Positions 25,979 to 38,884 of a stretch of DNA of 64,000 nt are shown piece after piece. Positions within the stretch are counted from its first letter, which is position 1, and every line of letters starts with the position of its first letter. Under the pieces are notes generated by a model. It searched no databases and was not told the DNA's origin. It saw only the letters and a program-made list of their open reading frames with translations. The position numbers were made by a program, and so were the translations under genes. This stretch comes from Blasia pusilla (lineage: Eukaryota), in contig CM114271.1 of NCBI GenBank assembly GCA_050084515.1, positions 38,502,001 through 38,566,000 of the forward strand. Reading direction: 5' to 3'.

Positions 25979-27266
25979 TCAGAAAAATAAGATGGACAGG
26001 CCCATGAGGAGACAACACCCAGCCACCCATGGGCTTAATCGCTCACCTGAGGAACACAAACAAGGAGAATACTTAGAGGCAGAGCACAAGAAAAAGTCTT
26101 TCAACTAGATGAATATGTCACTCCGACATCCTTCAACTAAAACAGGCACAAAGCTCACGAGTAAACATTCAAACTACTGCTATCTGCTGGTGGTTCAAAT
26201 TTACAGGCATTCCACTACCAGATGAGCCCAGGCATACAGAACAAGAAAAATAAGTAGAAAATTTTACCAATTCGGGCTGCTTTCCAGAAGAAACCTCGAA
26301 ACCTGTACCATAGAAGCCACCCACGACAAATGTAAATCAGTCTAGTGAACCAAAATACGGAACAAATACGAAAGAATTGAAGGAGAAATGCAGTTTCTTT
26401 TCTTCAATTTACTTGCAAACCACTGTTCTAATCCAGAACTGGAAAGCTCAGAAGCCTAATCTAGCTATCAAGCGAACACAAACTAATGCCCTTTGTTTGT
26501 TACTTTGTCCAAGCTTTCCATGAAGTCTTTGCAGGTAGGCCACCACTGAGTGAGGATGGCACCATCAACACTCATAACGTAGTCGTCTGACAACAACTGC
26601 TACCTGTGAAGAGCGATTCCCTACCCAGTCTTCTTCTCTAGAACCTTTGGGAAGTGGATCTTGATGTACGTGCAGGTGCAAATTACCAGGAGCACCACCG
26701 TGAGAAACGACTCAAAATTGAACAGGGCTGACTGCATATCCACACATAAATAATCAGCTAGGAACACAAACTGTACTCATTAAGTAGTGCCTGTCGTAGC
26801 CTTGCCTAGGAACACAAAGTGGGAAACATAGTATACCCTTCACAACATTGACCGCCCTACAAAAGCAAACTCTACACTACACCTTCCAAGACAACCATGT
26901 TCCGAAATCTATCATGCTAATTAGCCAGAATCAAGAGCCAGCCTGGTGTTCCAATACCGACGAGTAAATGGGAGAATAGCGTTTACGATGATTACTCATC
27001 ACTATTATCAACATTTGCAGAAAGTAACCAAGTACTATACCAATAGTTCCACACTCGAAAAAAATACTTGAAAAGCACCATTAGCTCCGACATAGTCTCC
27101 CAACTCACAGCGCAAAGGATTCATTCCAAAGATAAATCACACTTGAAACAAATACGGCGTCAAAGATTTGATCTCCTGTCTCAAACTTTTGAAAATCTTA
27201 CAGACATCCACACACATCCGCTCGTGGTTGAAGAACAAGATTATGTGACAATGAGCTACAGACCAT
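25979..27266 (-). CDS. TMEM167: Protein kish (TMEM167 family), 4 coding exons, 70 aa
   Basis: ATG-only coding exon at 27266-27264 (gcagccATG|GT), then 26731-26625, 26302-26268 and 26046-25979. Product: [70 protein letters not shown]. The ATG position is the least certain part. Confidence 0.93.
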
Positions 27267-27405
27267 GGCTGCCGAACTCGCAGAAACCTCCGGGACGAGA
27301 TATTCCGATGTAGCCGCGCAGGAGAGAGTTGCCAACGAAGGCGAAATTGGCGTGCGCTCCTCCAGCACCGGGACCGAGCTGGCTTGGGGCTCAAGGGGCA
27401 CGCAC

Positions 27406-28612
27406 CTGCATGAGTGTGCATCGCTTTCAGCTTTAGATTCAGACGGATTAAACCTGCATCGAACGAAATCGTCACACCCAAAAATTGGGGCAAAGGCAAC
27501 AAAATGATACACTGGCACGCAAAAAACTGCACTTGGATTTTCTAACTCTCGACCCAGAGAAGCAGGGTGAAAGGTTATCAATGAAGTCACGATGACTGTA
27601 ATATCAATCGGTGAACTCGGACGACATTCCAAGCACAGGACCACAGTAAAGCCGTAAAAGCTGCTGAGTGAAAAAGGCGTAAGCACTGCTGAACTACAGG
27701 GCGGAGATCCGCAGGTAAACGTTTCTGTTTCTGATCAGAGTGCCCCTCAAACAGGCGAATGGCTTCCACCGTCTACCAATTTCGGCTATTCCAAGATCTT
27801 CCTTATGCGTTGTCATTAATCTCATGCATAAGTCCACAAATCAGTCTTACCCTGTTCAATTTCAGGTTTTACAAGACTGTTTTTTCAATCACTGTCGTCG
27901 AGCCAACTATCGACCAAACATTCAAGAAAAAAAAAATGCAACTCTTCTGGCGGACATGAAAATTCACGAATTAGGAGACGAGACGCTTTCAACGGCTCCG
28001 ATCTGGGGGAAATCGTGGGTCCAAGTCTGTAAATTACTTAAAAGGTGCATGCTTCAAGACATCCACTTCCCTTCCTTCACATCCCAGTGGCTCCCCGTCG
28101 AGACAGACTCCCAATCACTACTGAATATCCGGCAAAACAATTACACCAAATCGGAAATTTTTGTACAATCAAACTCCATTGCAGAGAAGAGGAGAGATCC
28201 CTCCGCTCGACGGGAGGAAAATCATTCATCCGGTCCTCCTTGACAAGTTTTAGGCCAATTAAAAAACCCTTTCACTGTCAACATGACATGAACCTCAAGT
28301 ACGAACCCTACCGACCTAATCCACGATCCAGCGCAAAACAGGAGATTTCTGATCCAATCTCCTCACAAATGAACCATCTCTGGAACAGTAAGAATTTCAC
28401 ATGCCTACGCCACTCACCCGAAGAAGCCACAGCCACGACGCACGTCGGATGCGATTAACAATCCGGCCTACAACAGCTCCAATCGCACCTTCCTCCCAAT
28501 GCATGCATTCAGCGGGAAACAGGTCAAATTCCGCGCTCAAGCAAACATGCAATTTCTCTTGTGTTCACCAAATCAATCAGAGCTACTGCGTCGTCCTCGG
28601 AGCTCAGCTTAC
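27406..28612 (-). other. Predicted kish 5'-UTR intron; most of it is duplicated in inverted orientation at 52822-53979
   Basis: Donor GAG|GTAAGC at 28612 and acceptor CATGCAG at 27406. Positions 27405-28588 match the reverse complement of 52822-53979. Confidence 0.6.
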
Positions 28613-29074
28613 CTCACCGCGACTGTAGTTGTTATTGGTATTTTATGTCTTCCGTCCACCTTACTTAAGAGACCCTTCTATTGTAGGAAACAGGTTTCCA
28701 AAGTTTTATTGTAGGAATCTGGTCTCCATAACTTTACAACGATTCCAAGTCAATGGGTTTTGTGGCGGGCTTCAAGTTGTGGCAGATGCCGGAGCTAGAG
28801 GCGCACTTAGTAGTAGTCATAGTTCACTAGGAGTTGCTAGTATTGTTTCTCTTGTTGGTGAATTTAGTCGACAAGGGGAATGCCTCCTTTTCTTTCAAGG
28901 CCGCATATGGTCTTTGGATACTTGACTCTTCAAGTCCCCCTCTTCTGTTTTTCTGATGGGTTTTTCATCTTGCATATTTATTGAGGTTCGTCGCTTTCCT
29001 TCTTTGCGGGGTTTGAGCCATTCGATCCGGATTTTGGCACGAGTGCTTGGGGAAATAGAAGATTCTAATATATA

Positions 29075-29396
29075 CTAGTAGGTGCTCGGGGTATGCATAT
29101 TTCATACTTAATTTATTTTATTACCTCTCCTTAATTCAACTCCCTCTGTCAAAGTGACATGTGTCGACATCATTGGAGTCTTTAGAGGACACATGTTAAC
29201 AGTCAACTCTTAAGGAGGGTTTCCTCAAACCCCATCCTCTTTTAATCATGGGGCTAATCATGTTGCCTACAAAAAAAAATTCTTGCTGCACATAGAGGGA
29301 AACATTTTCTTGTTACGGAGTTGTCACATGTCAAATAAAGAAGTGTTTGCAAATCAACAAGGCACTCTCCAATAATAATAATATATATTATATAGA
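29075..29396 (-). mobile_element. Non-autonomous Helitron, about 320 bp
   Basis: The minus strand reads A|TCTATA...TTATTATTGGAGAGTGCC...CTAG|T. Its 5' end is shared with the element at 57358-57554. Confidence 0.7.
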
Positions 29397-29574
29397 TTAG
29401 AGAGTATTATTCGAGAGTGTTCTTTCCATTTTCAAATTTTTATGGTGATATTCTATTAGGACATCTCAAGAGTGTTCATTCCATTTTAAATCCCTCTCAA
29501 CCAAAAGATCATTCTAAGTTCATTCAAAAATCCTTGAACTTCTTAAATCGGTAATATCATTTTAAAAAAGCTAT

Positions 29575-30777
29575 AGATCTTGAAATCCCAAGATGGTGTT
29601 GTCCTCCATGTGAACAAATCCATCATGGAGGTTCTTCGTAACGATGCACAAGTCATTATTGACTATGTAAGTGAGTTGGTCATCCTTGAATAAGTATTTC
29701 CCATTTCTATGAATTTTTTGAGATATTATTATTATGGTACCATCTATATTATAATGGACTACCTTATATGGACAATAATATATTATAACGGAAAATCTTA
29801 TATGGACTGTAAGAGTAAGTAAGTATATATAGTATGGGTGACCTCATATGGATAATAAGACAAATTAGTGGGATAATGAGAAAAAATTGTAACATTCTTA
29901 AAATATAAGAGTTAAAGAAAAAGTGTGACATTGTAATTGAAATTTGTTGTTTGATTCAATTAGATGGGTAGAGGAAATGAATTTGAGTCGAGGAGAAAGA
30001 TATTTTTATTCATAAATAATTAAATTAGTTTATATTATATTGAGTGATATTAAGTTTATAATAAGACAAGATTGTGGGATAATTAGAAAAAATAACCAAA
30101 AATTAAATGTTTTCATTAATTCTTAAAACAAAAACTAGGGACAAAGATGTAGCTAGAGATAGGGAATAGGGAAAAAGGCTAAGCGTCTACAACAAAGAGA
30201 CCAAAAACAATACCTTCGCCTTCCTTGATGGGAAGGGAAAATGAATTTTAATGGAAAAGGAGTAGATATTATTTAAATTTTATGGAAGGGTGAAATTATT
30301 TAGGGAGTGGGATATCATTTAAATTTTAATTGAGATGTGAAATTATTTAGAAGAGTGGAATTTTATTATTATTTTAAGATTTAAGGAAATAAGAATTATA
30401 TTTAAATTTTGAAATGAAAAATATGACTAATTTTAAAGATAATCAAGTCAATTCATGTTTGATATTTTGGGAAAGGACAGTGAATTTTAATGGAAAATGG
30501 AAATTATTTCAATAATTAAACTTAACTAATAATTCAGTTAGTAAATGTTATTTTGGTGGGAAGAATGGGTATTCTTTAAACTTTTATGGAAGAATACAAC
30601 TATTGAGGAGATTTTGGTATTATTTAAAATCTAATTGAAGAGGAAAATTATTTTAAAATTGAAATATTAGTATACTTAAAATTGAAAATTATACATAAAT
30701 TTGAAATGATATATATTTTTAAATATTAAAAAATCATTTTTAAATGGCCATGCTAACAAGTCATTCCATATGGCGAA
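29575..30777 (+). pseudogene. Inverted copy of gene X exon 3 plus most of the following intron
   Basis: Matches the reverse complement of 50173-51302. It includes the exon sequence (DGVVLHVNKSIMEVLRNDAQVIIDY) and its donor site. Confidence 0.85.
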
Positions 30778-30789
30778 ATAGGATACCCA

Positions 30790-32972
30790 TTGGAAGTTTC
30801 CCCTTTTCTTTATAACATGTTTGTGGTCATTCAACTTTGCAAAGAATCCTCATTTCTAAGAGGGTTTGAGAGCGGTTGCTAGATCGGGGGGCTGCATATC
30901 CAAGACCCAATCTAGATCAAATGCAATGTAAGGATCTTCCTTAATCCAAGGCCCATGTTGAAAGAAATGTGAAGAGATATTTTGGTGGTATTCATAAGAG
31001 GTGAATGTTTCATTAGGCTATTAATGCCTTAGGCGTGATAAATAATGGAAGATAGATTGTAACGCATTTTATGCTTTTGGACTTATTCTCAATAGGTTGA
31101 CATTGCTTCTACCTACAAAGATAAGATATGCGATAAATTATATCTATCTAGCTACGATTATGTTTAAAGTATATAATGATTAGTGAGGAGTTTGAGACTT
31201 GCCTTATTGCAACAAATAGAAAAACAAGATTGGAGGCGTAAAGTCTCTGAATAAAATATTGGATATTGGATTTTGGGCCAAAGTGCACATCTTCAGGAGA
31301 TCATTTTGGAACTCTATATCTTGATAAGATTGGTAGAAAATCATAGGGAAATGATGGGGAAAAATTACTATCAGACATGGCATTTGACGAATAAGGTGGA
31401 AGCTTGGTTGGATAACTTGAATGGTGCTAGCAATCTTATCACAGAGGAAGTATCGAATCAAATTGCCCACTATCTTGACGTGAGGTGGAGGGTATGGAAG
31501 AATCTTTCTCATTATACTACTATTGTCGTGCGCCTACTCTCCTTGAACGTTAATCTTGTTTGTTGCGGAAGCGTGCGTTCAGTAGGTCACGCTCTCAACG
31601 CTGATTTGCATCCAAACACGCACTTCGGTTAGTCGGGTCTTGGATCAATCAGCGGGATTACTTTCCGACTTCTCGTCTTGGACTCTCTCTTCAAGCTCAA
31701 CCTTCCTAGTTTCGCGGTTTCCAACACGGGCAAGTCTCAAAGACTTGGGGAGACTTTCGTCGTCGGTTCGGGGAAACGAAACGGCGTTTCGCGCCTAGCG
31801 GTTCCAACTGTCCGATGAACATCCAATGAGTTCCTCACCAAGACTCGCACGAAGTGAATTCGGGTTGGAATCCAAGTGTGGCGACAAAGTCCACTCCTTG
31901 GATCAGGTTTGGGTTTGGGTTTCGCGCCAAACTCCCGTTTCATCCGTGCCTCTCAAACGCCGTTTGGCGCCCAAAGTGGGTTTCGTTTCCGAGACATCTC
32001 AGAGAAGGTACTCCCCTTACTAGTACTTCTGGGGATCTCCGGGGCCCCTACATTTAGGGAAAGACACCGGGCCCCTCCATTGGCCCTCAACCCGATTGCT
32101 CTCTGAATCGTTTTCGGCCAATATCTCAGCCTGTACTTATGCGTTTGCTGAGATCTTTGGTGCGTTGGAAGCGTCTCAAGATCAGCTTTCCAACGCGCCC
32201 TTACTTGTCCCGAACGCATCTTGGAGCTCAACGTTATGGTCCTAAACACAGTCAGATTCTCCCAAACGCTAGTCATGTTCCAAACTGGTTCTCACCTCTT
32301 TGGGAACCAACCTCCAAGACTCAACTCATCTCAAGTCTCGGCTCGCGTTTGGTCTAGGTTTCCTGGTCGCGACCACTAACGCATGAAACGCACACCTCTG
32401 TTCCACGTTTCGTCTCTTAGACTTTTCCAAGAGACTCTTCCAAACGCCTCTCCAAAGCGCAAACCTCGCGGCGTGAGTTCCTTTGAGTTCTGATGTTTCG
32501 CTTGGCGCGTATTTGGTGTTGTTTGGTTATGAGGGTCGCGACAACTATGCTTCTCAATCCTAAGTATTTATTCTTCAAAGAGTACAAGAAACGTATTTTT
32601 GTGTCTAAGTGTATGTAAGGCCTTAGTGACTATTTTGACTTATGGGGCAAACGCATGCTGAAATTTACAAGTGATGCTCTATGATTTTTCAAAGTCAATT
32701 GTCTCATAGAACATAATAAATTCTGCTCTCAAGAGGATATATTGCAAAATATAGATTGGAAAAAATTTTCCACCACTCAAAATGGGTAGGAATGGTGGAT
32801 GGCTTATAAAGACTTGGCTCCCAAATTACAAAGCATTTCTATATGCATCTTGACACATAAAATCATTGCGTCTACTTGCAAGAGAAATTGGAACTCTCAT
32901 AGATTCACTAAAAACCAACATAGGAATTGACTAAAAGCTTCCACTACAAATGATCTAGTTTATGTACATTAC
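30790..32972 (+). mobile_element. Degenerate hAT transposase, interrupted by a solo LTR
   Basis: SFNFAKNPHF (~30825). RWRVWKNLSHYTT is followed by the insertion and then resumes MLLNPKY. Dimerisation domain WWMAYKDLAPKLQ...TCKRNWNS...RN*L...DLVYVHY (32793-32972). Confidence 0.85.
31524..32543. mobile_element. Solo LTR, 1020 bp
   Basis: Termini TGTCG...CGACA with a perfect 5-bp TSD ACTAT (31519-31523 and 32544-32548). GC content is higher than the flanks, and the hAT reading continues across it. Confidence 0.9.
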
Positions 32973-33006
32973 GACAATCGACAAAGCCAAAGCTTTGTCG
33001 ATCCTA

Positions 33007-33166
33007 GATTGCCAACTTCTATATGGAACTTTAGAAGTTGGCCTATTAGATTTCGGAGCCAATTTAAAAACCACTTTGCCATCGATGTAGATTGCCAACT
33101 TCTGTATGGAACTTTAGAAGTTGGCCTATTAGATTTCGAAGCCAATTTAAAAACCACTTTGCCATC
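33007..33166. repeat. 83-bp tandem duplication, each unit with a short internal hairpin
   Basis: agattgccaacttct...ccactttgccatc occurs twice; ccaacttct pairs with agaagttgg within each unit. Confidence 0.85.
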
Positions 33167-33629
33167 ACTAAATCCAATAGAAAATACTTCTACCCGAAGA
33201 GCCTGTACCAGGGAACAACCACCTCCTATAATAGTTAAAAAAGGGCCATGTACTCTTTCAAACCTATCATTCCATTTTATGATGATATTAGCATAGAACT
33301 ACAAGATTCCAGAACCCTAGATCAATCTTAAATTTCTGCCTCATCAATTTAAGTTAATGCAATGGGAAGAAAAAGAAAATTCAATGTTGAGTTTAAAGGA
33401 GAAGAAAAATGTTTGTAGCCTTGAAGGCCCTTAGAGTTTATTGTGTTTTCCTTATCATTTCAATATATTTATTTATTTATCTTACTATGCACCTTTGTAT
33501 ATATGTGTATTTCAGTTTCTCCAAGCACATGATTTTGACTCTAACTGTGGTCCGGAAAAAATTACATGGCAAATGTAAGTCCAATTCAAAACCAAAAAAA
33601 ACAAAAAAAATAAAATCTAGAAGGGCGTG

Positions 33630-35548
33630 GTAAGATTTATTAATAAAAAGGACTTGTGTACTTTTCATTTGTTCCTCATAAATGATATCGGCCTGAAACT
33701 TTTTTTTCTTCTCCATGGGAGTAGTCCCAACAACCTCACAAAATTTCATGGCTAATGTAAGTTCCACCCCAAGCCCCACAATAAAAATTTCTTTTAAGAC
33801 TTACATGACAATCTCGAGGTAGGAAAAATGGCTTGTGTACTTTTCATTTTTTCCCATATACATGATCTTTACCTGAGACTTGTTACACTTGTTCATAAGA
33901 GTGTTTAAAATCATTTTGAAAAAAAATTCAATTCAAATAGCTCTTCCATCCAAAGCCCAAAAAAAAGGTAAACCGAGACCCTCACGATAAGATTTACTAA
34001 GGAAAAATGACTTGTGCATTTTTTTATATTTTTCATCTAAATTTTATTGACCTCAACCTTTGTAGACATATTTCTTAGAGTGTTGAAAAACACCTTGCAA
34101 AGTTTCAAGTCGAATGGAACTTCCATCAAAAGCCCACAAATGGAGAAGTCATTCTAGACCCTTTTGTTACGATTGACCAAGGAAAAATAAATTCCGTACT
34201 TTTCATTTTTCTCATTGTAAATGATCTTGACCTAAAACTTTGTAGAAAAGTTTATAAGAGTGTTTTAGCCCAAATTTTAAAGTTTCAAGTCAAATGAAAT
34301 TTCCATACAAAGGTTAAAAATGAATAGGTCAATCTAGACCCTTACGATAAGATTTATAAAAGAAAATTGGCTTAAAAGTTTTTTCATCTTTTCCAAGTGT
34401 ATGATATGGACTTGAAACTTTTTAGAAACTTTTCTATAATTTTCTTAAACCACCTTGAAAATTTTAAAGTTATAAAGAACTTACATCCAAAGGCAAAAAA
34501 TGAAGAGTTCCAAACCCTTGCAACAAAGCTAAGGAAAAATGACTTTCATATGTTTCATCTTTTTAAGATATATGACCTAGGAATGAAACTTTATGGACAA
34601 GTTTATAAGTATGTTTAAAAAATCTTGTCAAATCATCGAAGAAAATGAAACTTCCACGGACAGGCAAGAAATAATTAGGTCATTCCAATCTTCCAACCCC
34701 TTGCGATAAGATTTATATAGGAAAAAAATGACTTGCAAGTTTCTCATCTTTTCCAGAGATATGATATGTACCTGAATCTTCATCAAAATGTTGAAAAGAG
34801 TGTCTTAGACCATCTTGCAAAGTTTCAAATCAAATGGAACTTCCATCCAAAGGTAAAAAATGAAGAGGTCATTCATACACTTGCGGTAAGGTTTAATACG
34901 GAAAAAGACTTGCATATTTTTCATCTTTTTCATGTACATGACGTGGATCTGAATTTTTTTAGAAAAGCTAATAAGAGTGTTTTCAAGCACCTTGCAAAGT
35001 TTCAAGTCAAATGGAGCTTCCATCGAAAGGTAAGAAATGAAAAGGTCATTCCTAACCCTTGTGACAAAATTTACTGAGAAAAAACGACTCAAAAGTTTAT
35101 CATCGTTTCCACTGATATGATCTTGACCCAATTTTTTTTTTTAAATAGAGTTTTTTAAAGCACCTTGCAAATTTTCAAGTCAAATGGAACTTCCATACAA
35201 AGGAAAGAAAATTAAAAAGGTCACAACAAGGTTTATTGAGAAAAAGGACTTGGATGTATTTCATTTTTTTCAAGTATATCGTTTTGACTAAAAACTTTGT
35301 GGGAAATTCAATTTGAGTGTTTCAAAGCACTTGGTAAATTTTCAAGTCAAATGAAACTAATGACGAGGTCATTCCATACCCTTGCGATAAGATTTACAAA
35401 GGAAGAATGACTTGCATATTTTGCTTCTTTTCCATGAATATGGTGTGGACCTCCAAATTTATAGAAAAATGTATAGTATTGTTTAAAAATACCTTGTAAA
35501 GACTAGAAATGAAAAGGCCTTTCCAATCCCTTGCGATAAGGTTTACAA
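33630..35548. repeat. Diverged ~180-bp tandem array, left block (about 11 units)
   Basis: The recurring motif ttcaagtcaaatggaacttccat...ggtcattc...gataagattta. A unit marker recurs at ~33654, 33832, 34012, 34193, 34372, 34544, 34733, 34910, 35088, 35250 and 35412. Confidence 0.9.
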
Positions 35549-35639
35549 GCTGCAGAGTTTCAGTTCTCAAGAGTCAACACCTACCATTGACAAATTGACC
35601 GTGTTGGGACGAAAACTCCTTTGAAATGAGCATGCCCCC

Positions 35640-36110
35640 TAGACGGTGCATGGGGTGGTTGAGGAGGTGGCGGTGGATCTCCTCATTGCGAATTTTCCTT
35701 TGGGTTTTGCTTGTGGGACAACAATCCGTCTGACACTGTCCCAGATTGGAATGTCCTGCTTTCGTACGACCAGATCGCGCTCTTGTTTTCTTTTGCCGAC
35801 GCGTATCTGAGTGACAAAGGTTGTTTCTTGGTCCTCACTGGAGCGAGCAGAGATGAGCTCTTCAACCTTCAGTGCATGAAGAGGTCGCTGAAGTGGAGGA
35901 CGGTGCAATCATGGGTAATTAAAAATGAGTATCCACTCCGATCGGCGACGAGTCAAGTCCGAGTAAGTCCTCTTATTCAACGAATTGAGTCTAACATAAA
36001 TTCAACCCGTCGGATCCCAACAACTTGTGTCTGCGGTGTTGCAATCCATCGACAAGATGAGTCAAGTGAACTAGAACATTTGTCCTGGTGGTTTTTTCCC
36101 TATGCCTGCC
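35640..36110 (+). pseudogene. N-terminal half of an N6-adenine/N4-cytosine (beta-class) methyltransferase-like protein
   Basis: VDLLIANFPLG resembles motif IV vDLiitDPPYg. After a frameshift it continues VPDWN...LFSFADAYLSDKGCFLVL (like rvLkpgG.i.i) and then W(V)IKN. Confidence 0.55.
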
Positions 36111-36199
36111 CAAGGATGATGGAGTGTATTCCACATCCTTATCTCCTCCCTCGGACAAACCAGACGCCTCCCGCTTTCGCTTCTCCCAAGTCTGTTGTC

Positions 36200-38884
36200 G
36201 GCTTGTGGAGTCTTTGTTACCTCATACTCCACATGAGTTTTCTTGGACAAGGATCTGGTCCGGCCCTCTTTCCCCGCTCGCCCGGACGATTCCGCCTCTT
36301 GCCTTGAAGACTCAACCTCTTTTCTGGAAGACTCGACCTCCAAATTCCTCGATCCCCTCGCCTTCCTCAAACCCGCTATGGATTTGTCTTTGGCGGTGAT
36401 GACCTTGCCCACCAACTCCGCTGTCTCGAGGGCTTGCTCCTCCGCATCTCCTTCGAAAAAATCATCAGGTTGCACGAAGTTCGGAATATCGTCCCTACCT
36501 GTAACCACTGCATCATACACCATGGGTAGATTTTTTTTTGTAATGTCCTCTGGGTCGTTGAAGTCCAACCAGATTGGACAATTGTTGACCTCCCAGTCGG
36601 ACATGCCCTGTCCCATCTCCATGTCGTACATGGAGAATGCCTCTCCATCAGGCGGAGAAGCCCACAATTTGCAAGGTGCCGGTAATTTTTTCCAGGATCT
36701 TGCATTCTTACAATTGATGAGGTACCTGTACACCATCCGCTGGGCAGCTCTTTGTCGAGATGACTCGGCCGCCTGGTCTTGAAGATCCCGCTTCTTCTTT
36801 GCAAAATCCCGTTTTTGGGCGTCTATTTCCTCATCGAGGTCTGCTTGAGGGAGGATGTGATTCTTGAACATCATCCTGAATCCTCGGTTTTTCGTGGGCT
36901 TATCTCTGATGTCATCAAGCCATAGTTCAAAATCTTCTGCAGCCTCTAGGTTTGGGGGGCTGGTATTCTGGCAGGAGAGAGGAAGAGAGGAGAGTCTGTC
37001 TTAAAAAAAAGGGCCAAATCCGCCTCCTCTCTTCAAAAAAATTTGACATATTTGAAATTTTTGTTTGCTTTCAAATTCATGAAATCTTTAGAAGAGAGTA
37101 GGTAGTGGTCCACATTCGGGCCTTAAGAAACCTCCTTTTTTCAGGGGGCGAGAAACAAGTAGACATCATAAGACCACTACAAACATTTTTCCATCACTCT
37201 CCATGTGAGCCTAAGTTTTTTCACATTGCCTGTCTCAATCTATAGTAAGCTGTGCCCAGGGCTATTTTTTTTTTAGGACCATTGGCAAATAATGTGACCA
37301 GAAGTAGCAATCTCATCTCAATGAAAGGTTCAAATAAAGACCAACTTTGTGAAATGTGAACACAGGAGACGATAATTAAACCAAAAGATTGTTAGCTGTC
37401 TGGAGTAAAGAGAAACTGATGTCCCTTCATTTAGATCCTAAATCTGATAAACCGAGATGCTGCACCCCTCCCAACCCGTTGGAATTTTACAGGTTCCAAC
37501 TCTTGCAACCCTTCGGAATCAGCCCCCTTCACTTTTGGTCTACCAGGGAAAGAGTCCGACCACTCAAGCAGCCAATCTGTCGCAATCCGACACCTTGCTT
37601 GGAAATGGTTGAAAAGTTGTAGTGGTCAAAAAGTGAAAAGTTGCAACCCGTCGGAATCACACGGGTTGCAAAATAAACATTCTGAGTAGCTAGATGAACA
37701 CAATCCACAAGTCCAAAAAAAATTTTCAACAAACACCATTATCGGTTGAAAAAATCTCATCTTTTATTACCTCCAAAGGAACCTCGGAAATGTACATTTG
37801 ATCTAGTCTATGATTTCTTCAGCCTCGTCATCTACAAATTTACTCCTAACTCTCATAGGTTCCTGTACAAAAGGAATGTCCTGGGATACAAGTGGCTCCT
37901 CTGGCCGATTGTAGACGGGGATCGAAAATGTTGGCGAATTCGAGAGCCTTGGCCCCCCCTAGGTACACCATAACGGTCCCATGTAACCTGATTTGAGTCC
38001 CACCGCCTTCCTCGGCAGTATATCTTGTACGCTCCATCGTGACATCCATCCAGTATCAATATGTGCTCCGTCCTTGGAAATACCAAGATGGCAATCCCAC
38101 AGGTAGTAGGAATCCAACACGTCTGAGAGAAGAGAAGAAGCCTACGACTTGTTTGAAGATACTAGGGAAAGGAGCCGAAGTGAAGAAGCCTGCCAGAATG
38201 CTTCTAAAGTTGGACTAATAGGGAAAGAGTCCGATCACTCACATAGCCAACTTGTCAGAATCCAACAAGTTGCCTGGAAGTGGTTAAAAAGGTGCAGTGG
38301 TCAAAAAGTGAAAAGTTGCAAGCTGTGGAAATCCGATGGGTTGCAAAATAGAAGTCCTCGGAATACATAGATGATCACATTCAAAAAGACATAAAAGATA
38401 TTCAGCAAACTTTTAGAAACACCATCATCGTTCGAAAAAATCTTGTCCTTTATTACATCCGAAAGAACCTCGGAACTGTACATTTCATCTATTCTATGAA
38501 TTCTTTTGCCCTCATCATCAAATAAATCCCTACTCCAAACGTTGCAGTCAATTTGGGTCCTTGAGTTCTTTGAACTCACTCGTCATTGTCCGAGAGCTCT
38601 TGCAAAATTACTGTCGGCCTTGCCCTCCCGATTTTCGGAATCGTGGGAAGTGACGATGGTGTCACTACCAATGGTGGGTCTGGAACCGGAGCTCTCGGCT
38701 TTGGAGGAGAGTTGTACGCCCCAACTAGCCTGTCGTAATCTACCTTTGCCTCCTTGCAAAGGTCAAACACTTGTTGCCTTCCCTCAAAGCAGAGAATGTT
38801 CCTGCCACTCTGCCAAGCGCCTCTGATACTCGCCCTTGAAAGGCCCACTAAGTCGAACACCAAGTCTTCAAAAGCATCTTGCAC
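36200..38884 (-). pseudogene. C-terminal half of the amino-methyltransferase-like protein followed by further unassigned coding segments
   Basis: EDLVFDLVGLSRASIRGAWQSGRNILCFE (~38872-38785) resembles beta-class motif I gDiVLDpFaGSGtt..Aa...gR..igiE. Further coding-like pieces lie at ~38100-37850 and in the 267-aa ORF 36874-36071. Confidence 0.5.
37544..38520. repeat. Diverged ~290-bp direct repeat pair (37544-37835 and 38220-38520)
   Basis: Both copies contain agggaaagagtccga...agtggtcaaaaagtgaaaagttgcaa...gaacctcggaa. Confidence 0.8.

Noticed and set aside
27137-28714. Overlapping ORFs up to 167 aa, partly repeated at 52800-54018
   Set aside because: They lie mostly in the predicted kish 5' UTR and intron. 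The frames are not preserved between the two copies and show no domain signal.
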